From the NCBI GenBank assembly GCA_964199315.1, contig OZ116709.1, positions 5,704,001 to 5,768,000 of the forward strand: DNA of 64,000 nt. Reading direction: 5' to 3'. Made by a program: the position numbers and the translations under genes. A model generated the notes under the pieces. That model saw only the letters and a list, made by a program, of their open reading frames with translations, was not told where the DNA came from and made no database searches. Source of the DNA: Orbicella franksi. Its lineage: Eukaryota. This document shows positions 53,801 to 62,800 of the stretch, piece by piece (position 1 is the stretch's first letter; each line of letters opens with the position of its first letter).

Positions 53801-56800
53801 GAAAAGTAATCTTTAGTGATGTATGATGGGCGAATTTGTAATGCCCATATTTTGGGTATTTGCAAAACAGTTGCCTATTTGGCGAAGTGCTAAATTAACT
53901 CTTTCACGTTAAGCGTCGAAGTCATCACCCTTGTTCCCTATTTGCGTTTAAGGACGGTGCCTACTTTTGTTGGTGCGCACGAGTTCTGCGCATCACACAA
54001 GCCATGGTTTAGCTCCACGCGCGCGCTGGGGGTGACATTGACGCAATCAACTACGCTATCACGTACACGACAAAATGAAAGCAAAATTTTCCTACTGTGA
54101 CCAAATCAAGTTTAATGAACCTGCACTTAAACCAGGAACATCAGAATAGCAGTATATCACTAACCACTAACTGTTTACATCTTCCAACTGAAAACCTAAC
54201 TGTTATCTGTCGAAAATTATACTGAAAACCAACTGTAAACATGTACCTGCAGATGGCGTGGTGCGCGCGCAAGACAAGTGCGAGATACGCAAATGTCTTA
54301 CTTACTGGGGAGGTGACAGGAAAAAATGTAACCGGCATCGTAAACGTTTTCAAAAAAGATCAATAACTTTAAAAAACGCGTGGTTACCCCCTATATTTTA
54401 TGTTATGAAATGGAAGTGGCAAATCTATTCAACGCGTGATTAGTTTCTGGTTGTGAGCAAAAGGTATTTAGACTGTATTTTAGCTGAACCAGAGGAAGGC
54501 TGTCAGATACGCTGAAAGCGCTTTTGCAACAATTTTGTCATTAAAAACATATCAAAAATGTTTTTTATAACCATTTGCCATGTAGTTTAAAGATCTTTTT
54601 AAATGAGTTTGCTTTTCTGTATGTAAAGGCGAATTCTATGGAAATCTGTGAAGAAATATCCTTTCCTTCTTTTTTCAGGAAAATGCTGATGTCAGCATTT
54701 TTGTTGAGATTCAAGGCTAATTATCTCGAAAAAATGCGTGGCTACCCCCATTTTTCTTTGTAGATTCCAACAGCCCTTGCAAAGATCTACTTTTTCCGCG
54801 TGGTCCTAACCTGGCGTAAAAACCTTTCAATTAGTAGGCACCGCCCTTAAGGGGAAAAAATCCTAAGTAACCGTGCGTCTCTAAGCTAAGGTTCCAGTTG
54901 TCCCATATCCGACTTACGCTAATCCAGTTTTCGAAGTCAAGCCACAGAATTTAGTTCGTTTACCTAAAAAGTGTTTGTCAGTTTTTTTCGCTGTAAGTTA
55001 CAATTTAAGATAAGCCAAACCGTAATATGAAGGACGAAACTTATGGAACAGATTTGTTATGATACTCTCATATGATGGTAACCCTGTGTTAGCCTTATAC
55101 GCCATTTGAAACACTGGTTCCAGCGATTGGTACACGCCTTTAAAATGACAGCAAGTTACCCCTGTAAATGACTAAGGGGATGTCTGCATTGCTAGCTGCT
55201 TAAAAAGTACTTTCAAAATCTAGCGAGGTAGAGAAAATTAAGGTCTTAAAGTAAAACTTTTAGTACAATTCAGACCACGATACGTACTTATCTCTCTCCA
55301 GGTACTTATTTGGCCGAGGCAAGAGAACAGGAAGAAAACCAGTTCTTGTTATCATAACGGACGGCATTTCGCAAGACAATGTCCTCATCCCTGTCAACAG
55401 TTTGAAACAGAAGGGAGTGGAAATTTTTTCCTTGGGGATTGGTAAAAAGTTTAGAAGACTGCAACTGCAACAAATGGCGTCCAGTCCATCGCACGTGTTC
55501 ACGGCCGGTTTCAGGAGACTGAGTAGTGTACTTGCCGCCATTAAGAACAAGGCGTGTCTACCTTTCGTTCCACGTAAGTAATTTTTTCTAAGTTCTTCTC
55601 CACTGAGTTCAGCTCTCGAGTACTCGCGAACGACGTGATCCACAGTGTTAGGTAGCGTTCTAATTCGGTAGTTTTCCAGAAAAATTTCAGTAAGATAGGG
55701 TTAGCTCGTAATTTTCCGTTATAATCCGAAATCAAAATAATGTTAAGTAATGTAATGTAAGAAAGTAAAGTAATGCAAAGTGAACTTTTGAACCATTGAT
55801 AGCTATACAGGGTTATTTTTCATAAGCTTCAACAATGCATATTTAGCTTGAGATCGTAACATCCACTCGCATATCACGTGATCCACAAAGCCAGTAACAG
55901 TCCCATGAAACGATTTTGGATATCACTGTCCTTCCAGATCGTAGATTAGTTTTATTTCATTTTAAATTGGTTTTGTTTTTACTTTTTACTTCCAGCGACA
56001 AAGCGACCTACACCACCAGGTAAGCTATGCAAAGTCGACACTTGTTAATCTAGCCAACACAGGGGAAACCGAGTGTTCACATCACAGAAGTAGTTCATAC
56101 CAGTTACTGCTGGTTGGTGTCTAGACGACATGTTTAACTGCATGTCTGTCATTCTCTGTTCTAGCAATCATGCTATTCTTCAACAGCTGTGTATTAATAA
56201 GGTTCTGGATCCCATGGCACGATCATTTAAAAAGATAACGTTGCAATAAAACTTCAGCCATTCTCCTGTACTTTCTTTCTGTTGAGAGAAAGAGCGTTTT
56301 GAACTAAATCGTTCTTTAGATTATTATATATTGCCATATATATAATAATTCTCCTGTACTTTCTTTCTGTTGAGAGAAAGAGCGTTTTGAACTAAATCGT
56401 TCTTTAGATTATTATATATTGCCATCCCAACTGAGGCCTATCTCCCTGTAGAACGGTTTAAATTTGTATCTTAATTTATTCCATAGAATTGCGCAACGAT
56501 TTGTGTCATGTTTGCCTACGTAGATGCATACCCTGTTATGTTTTCTTTTTCAAATCTCACTTTGTATCCTTGTTTCTAATTCAGCTTGCAGCCTAGCCAT
56601 TGATATTGGTTTTCTCCTGGACGCCTCTGGGAGACGCGGTCTATACAACTTCAGGCGAATCAAAGAGTTTGTCGCACTCATTTCCCGCTCATTCTCGATC
56701 TCTCGAAGCCGAGCTCGTGTGGGAGTCATCGTGTACGGATCCACCGTTCGGATGGAATTCGGACTCAATTCGTACACTAATTCACGCAGCCTCAATCGTG

Positions 56801-59800
56801 CTATCAAGAGATTACGTTATACGCGAGGGTCAAGAAAAACTGGAAAAGCCTTGCGGCTTGTAGTTGGAGAGCTGTTTAGACGCAGCCGAAAAAAGCGGGT
56901 GTTGATAGTGGTAACAAATGGTCAATCCTACGACAGCGTTAAAATACCAAGCTTTCAGATACACCAAGCCGGAATTGAAGCCTTTGCAGTTGGTGTTGGA
57001 ACTCGAGTTAGGAACAGCGAGCTGAGTACAATAGCCACAGACTCTCGCCACATATACATGGTGAACTTCAAGACGCTTAATGGCATCGTCAAGAGCATTG
57101 TCAGGAAAGCTTGCAGAGGTATTTAACACTACCTGACTGTTTATTGTTGCCACATTTTTTATTAACACAGTATATCCCTTGCGGAACAGGAAATTACGAC
57201 TTGTACTGCAGGGGAGCCAGCAAAATATACTATTCGACAGTTTCTGAAAATTACCTTTTAATTTAACGAGTCTATTCATCGTTTTCGGAGTTTTGAATTT
57301 CTAAAGACAGGGGTGGAGCTTCTTTTTTTTATTTTGGTTTCTCGCAGGACTAAGAGTAGTAGTACTTAATAGTTTTGCTCGCTGTAATTCGTCAGGGATA
57401 TAAGCTAATTGCAAACTGGCATCTTTCTTTCAGCACAAATTACGACACGGCCAACAGTTCGACCAACCAAGCCGTCTCCAACCAGAAAACCAAGTAAGTT
57501 TGTTATGGAAATACTGTAATCATGTAGTTATGTTGTTCGAGAACAGTAGACAATTGTTTGCAGTTTTCTTAAGTTTCTGGCCGTTAGCGCAGTTTCCGCG
57601 GTGGCCTCATGGTTAGAGCGCTCCGGATCACTGAAGCGGTCACTGCTAAGTGCTCAAGGGGACGCTGCCTTGTGTTCTTGGGTAGGACACCTAACTCTCC
57701 CAGTGCCTCTCTCCAGGTGTATAGATGGGTACCGGCGAATTTAATGTTGTGGTTACCTTGCGATGGACTAGCATACGATCTATGGGGGAGTAGAAATACT
57801 CCTAGTCGGTCATGCTACAGAAACCGGGATAAACTCCAGTCTGATGGGTCACTTGGCTCGTATGCAGACTTTAACTTTTACCGCTATTTATTGTGAACTT
57901 AGTCTTTTTGTTTTTTGTTTTTTTTCTGTCAGGTTTTCCTACGCCCATCGCCATCTACACACTCGATCGCAAGACTCGCGCACGCGACATAAGCCCAGCG
58001 AAAAACCTTCCAGGTCGAAGCTACAACATCCGGTACGCTCCTGGTCCTTATGGACAGCCTGGCGAATCAACAGAATTCTTTGGTCGCCGTAACAGCTACA
58101 TCCGGTTTCCAAATAACGGCAGACTGGACGCTAAGGACTCTATAACTCTTCTAGCCTGGATTCTACCGTTTGGTCGCGGTCCAATCTTCGAGTACTTTCG
58201 GGGAGTAAGGTTTTGGGTTGTGCGCTCGGACACGTTATACGTTCACTTCATCCGCCGGAACGGGCGGCGCACGAGGGTGTTGATGAAACGACGCCTCAGA
58301 CCACGCCGTTGGAATTACGTCGGTGCCACGTACGACAAACGAACTGGTATGGCTACCCTGTGGCTGGATTCAAGGCCGATATTGTCGCAGAATATCAAAC
58401 GAATTCAATTGGCGACCAAAAAGACTGCTTACATGGGTGGAACATTCCGAGGTCGCATCGCTTGTATGCAGGTTTATTCTGACCCTCTGACTGGACCTCA
58501 GATTAAGAAGGTCAAGAACCTTTGTAATAAACCAGGTAAGTCATATAAGTCTTGAAGTGGAATCCGTAAAATTCTCATGTAGGCTTGTAGCATGCGGTTG
58601 CAATAGATAAATTTCCAGCGAATAATATTTGTTTTTGCATGCGGATTATTACTTAAGGGATTAGACGAGTGACTCTTATGGGGTAAATATTTTCTTCTCT
58701 CACCCACTCTCCCCAGCCCCCATAGGCGAAGCCCCAGCTTACCCTCCAAGAAAGTAATTTATCTAAAACCTTTCGTTCTTCTACATTGATTTCAAACTTG
58801 ATAAAGGGATTCTACTATTTTGTTCCCGGACTTCAGAAGAGATTACGCTCTCACTCTGTCAAGCAGTAAATATATACATCAGTTGCAATACTTTTTTTAA
58901 TCTTTTTTTTTATGGTTTTTCTGAATTTTAAATCTACTGATCCTATTTAAATTACTTACAGGTCCTTACACGCCAACAACACCATCTCCTGGTAAGTGTT
59001 TGATTTGTATATATTTCAATTTGTGTTAATTACTGTAATGTTCTATAAATCATTCAATTTGTCACGGTTAAGGTGTGTCTGAATAGTGCGAAAGGATCAT
59101 TTTTTTCTCTCTTTCTGTTCCCTAGCATTGCCTCCAGCTCTGGCTTTCTATCCCTTAAACGTGCGTTACAACACCCGTGACGTCAGCAGGAGCAAAAACC
59201 CGTCAGGGCGCATGGCAAATGTGCGACCTGGCCTGGGTCCAGACGGAAGGCCTGGTGGCTCCTTTAGGTTCAAGGGTCGTGCAGACAGTTACATACAGTT
59301 CCTGAATAAAGGTCGTCTGGACGCCCGGAATTCCATCTCTATCTTGGCTTGGATAAATCCGGATGGACCAGTTGGTCCAATCTTCAATTACAAGCCTGAC
59401 GGGTTTGGCGTGCACTTGTGGATGGTCCGTCGGCGAGTGTTGCTGGTACGTTTCGTGACGCGTACACGAAAGTTTACAAAGCCAGTGCAAACGAACCTCA
59501 TTAAACCAAAGGCTTGGAATTTCGTCACCGCTACCTATGATCAACGTTCGGGAATTGCCCGATTGTACATCGATTACAGGGAAGTTGCGTGGACGAGAAT
59601 CGGCCGGATACGACTGGCTACGAACTATCCAGCAAGAATGGGAGCCCGTATTGGAGACAAGCGTTATTTCCGTGGACGAATAACTTGCCTGCAGATTTAC
59701 GACGTCCCACTTCGACCGATACAAATCAAAGCCGCCAAGAGACTCTGCTTGAAGACAAGTAAGCAAAGCAATTCTTAATTAAATTTGCATTCGTATTACA

Positions 59801-62800
59801 CAAGCATCTCAGAAAGATTTGAGGTGTGTTCCAAGAAACCTTTTTTCCTTTCTTTACTTGTTATCAGTTGATGAATCGATTCAAGAGTGATTCGTATTGA
59901 ATAATTGATCGATAGCTTGATAGATCGAATTGATTGATTTGTTTGTTTGTTGTTTATTAATGCTTTCATTGCTTGGTCCATTACTGATCGATCGATTGAT
60001 TTTTTTTTTTTGGCAAAATTTCTGCATCTAACTTAAGCTACATAGTCGTTAAAAGTTTTTACGTTATCACTATCGTGCTTTTCATTCTTTAAACAGAGGT
60101 TATAACCAAACCAACAACGCGACCGACACCTACCAAGCCCACCCCACCAAGGCGTAAGTAACCAATCAGCAATGCTCTTTCTCCATTTTTCCCGTCTCTC
60201 TATAGGCGACCAGAGGAGAAAGGAAGAAGTCGCCTTTACTAAAAATGAAGTCACCTTTACCAATTAGTGGAAAATCTGATTTTTCGTTTTCCGTGTTTTC
60301 TTTTTTCTTTTATCCCGATTCCTTCACCTCAGTTTATCCCTTAATTGACATACTTTTAGATATGTATATTCACGAATCTTAAAAGTGTGCGGTTTTAGTT
60401 AACGGTAATAAAAAAACTCCTCTGCTTTCATGCGAAAAAAGCAAAACATAAAATTTGAAAATTGGTTTGCTTTATGATGACATTTTAATTTGAGTTCTCA
60501 ATGTTTGATTATTAAAACATTCTCGTCATAGCAATCTTCTCAAGTTCAAAATGCGCTTTGCTTGAATTTATTGTTCTCTATATTTTCTTTCTGTAGCTTG
60601 CCGAGCGAATATGGATCTTGGATTCCTTATCGACAGCTCCTACAACTTGCGACGAGTAGGGCGCGGAGCTTTCAGACTTCTTACACGTTACATTGCAAGA
60701 CTTCTTTACACGCTTCGCATTTCCACTCAAGAGACCCGAGTCGGCATGGTTACGTACGCGTCAAGACCCAGGCCCCTGTTCCGCTTTAACCGGTTTTTCA
60801 GGGCGTCTTCCATGTTGTCGGCCATACGAAGAATTCGCCTTCAAAGGGGTCCTCTTAGGATAGGAAAAGCTCTGTACTACGCTCGTAGGTACCTGTTCAG
60901 AAGAAGGCGTCAATGTGGACGCAAGCGCGTTCTCGTGGTGTTTGCAAGTGCACGCTCAGTAGACAGAGTGCAAAGAGTGGGACGCGTTTTAAGGCGCATG
61001 GGAATTGAAGTGTTCGTTGTTGGCTTTGGTAGACGATTTAGCAAGGCGCAGTTATTCAAAATCGCTACAAATGGGCTGCACGTGTTCACGGCGACGCCGA
61101 GGACGTTGGCTGCAGTTCTGGGCGCCATACGAGCTAAAGCGTGTTCAGGTATCTTATGGGTTAAATTTGTGATCAATAATTCACAGTCATGTTCACACAC
61201 ACTATCCTGCTTAAGAATAGTCTTTAACCCACTTAATCGAACAGTGACAGTTTACAAGTTGATATCATTAATAACAATCTCAACGGTTCTATTTGCAACA
61301 GTTAAAAAAGCAATTACGTTTAACGGTTATAATCAGCCCTGGATCACTTTACAGATCAGCCGCCTTTTAAGCCATCGGAATATAATTCAAGTAACAACGC
61401 GTTAAATTTGATGTTTGGTTTAAATTGGCCCTCAGCCTCTTCTTAACTTACCATTGATTCATTTAAAGATCTTTGTGACCTCCTTACCTTGCTTACCACA
61501 AGCGATTCAATCGTTGTCGTTTTTATTCTGTTTAGTAACCGGATCAGCAGCCGCCAGAGCTATATTCCCATTTAACGGTGTGACAAGAGGACGAGATATA
61601 AGCATCAACCGCAACACTGCTGCAAGACTTGTCAACGTCAAGCCTGCACCAGGCCCAGACGGCCTTCCTCTTGGATCGTACTATCTCCAGGGCATCGCAA
61701 ACAGCTACATATACTTTCCCAACAAGGGCTGCCTAGATACAAAGAATTCCCTCACCATAGTGGTTTGGGTCTACCCTGAGGGCAGCGGACCGATCTTCCA
61801 CTTCTTCCCTCGCGGCTGGGGGGTACATCTTTGGATGAAGAATCCGCGCACCCTACTGGTGAAGTTCGTGCCTAGGTCCTTGCAGACCATCAGCGTTGTT
61901 ACAAGCCGGCGAATCAAACCGAAGGCCTGGAACTACATAGCGGCAACCTACGATTACGTCACTGGTTTGGCCACTCTGTGGAATGATGCCATACCTATAT
62001 CTCAGAGGAATATTGGAAAGATCCAACTGGCGACTAACTACCCAGCTATATCAGGGAAAAAGCCAAGAGATCGAAAGATTTTCCGTGGCCGGATAGCATG
62101 TCTTCAGATTTACGATCGAGCATTGAATGGGAGACAACTCGGAGCTCTGAAAAAGAAGTGTTTCAGAGGTTTGTTTTCAGAATTATCGTTAAAAGAAGTT
62201 TTCAATTTAATATCGATATCGCGCTATTGATATTGATCTTTTGAAATTTTCTTTGTTCTTCGTCAGCTCGACCCACGCCTACTCGTCCACCACCAGGTAA
62301 GACCAACTTTTCTATCTCACTTACCATATTCAATGAAAACTCTTGAGATTTGAAAGTTCGGTAAAAATGTAAATGGTAAGACAATTTTGGCTCGACCGAC
62401 CGGAAAATCTTCGAAATAAAAGGAACGTCTTGAAAGGTAGTCAAAAATTTCCAACTGAAATATCCGAGTGGAAAATGTACTTACCATTTGCAATTATTCG
62501 CCGCCCTCTTGGAATTATGATCAGGTTTAACTCGTCAGTAGTCTATCTCGGTAAATTAGGGGGTTTGGGGTAGATGGTAAGTGGCCAATCCGAATGAAAG
62601 TCACCATCAGGCATTTTTGCTTACCATTTGCACAACCGTTGACGAACCGCTTTCTTCATGTAAATGGCAAACAACCGGCATCTCTTTAGATTTTGACATC
62701 CATATTTTCAGCCTCCTTCGTCAGTGTTGACGGCATGTCCGTATTATTTTATCACCTTCTCATACATCTTTTCTCCTTTCAGCTCTTCCACTTCTAGTCG

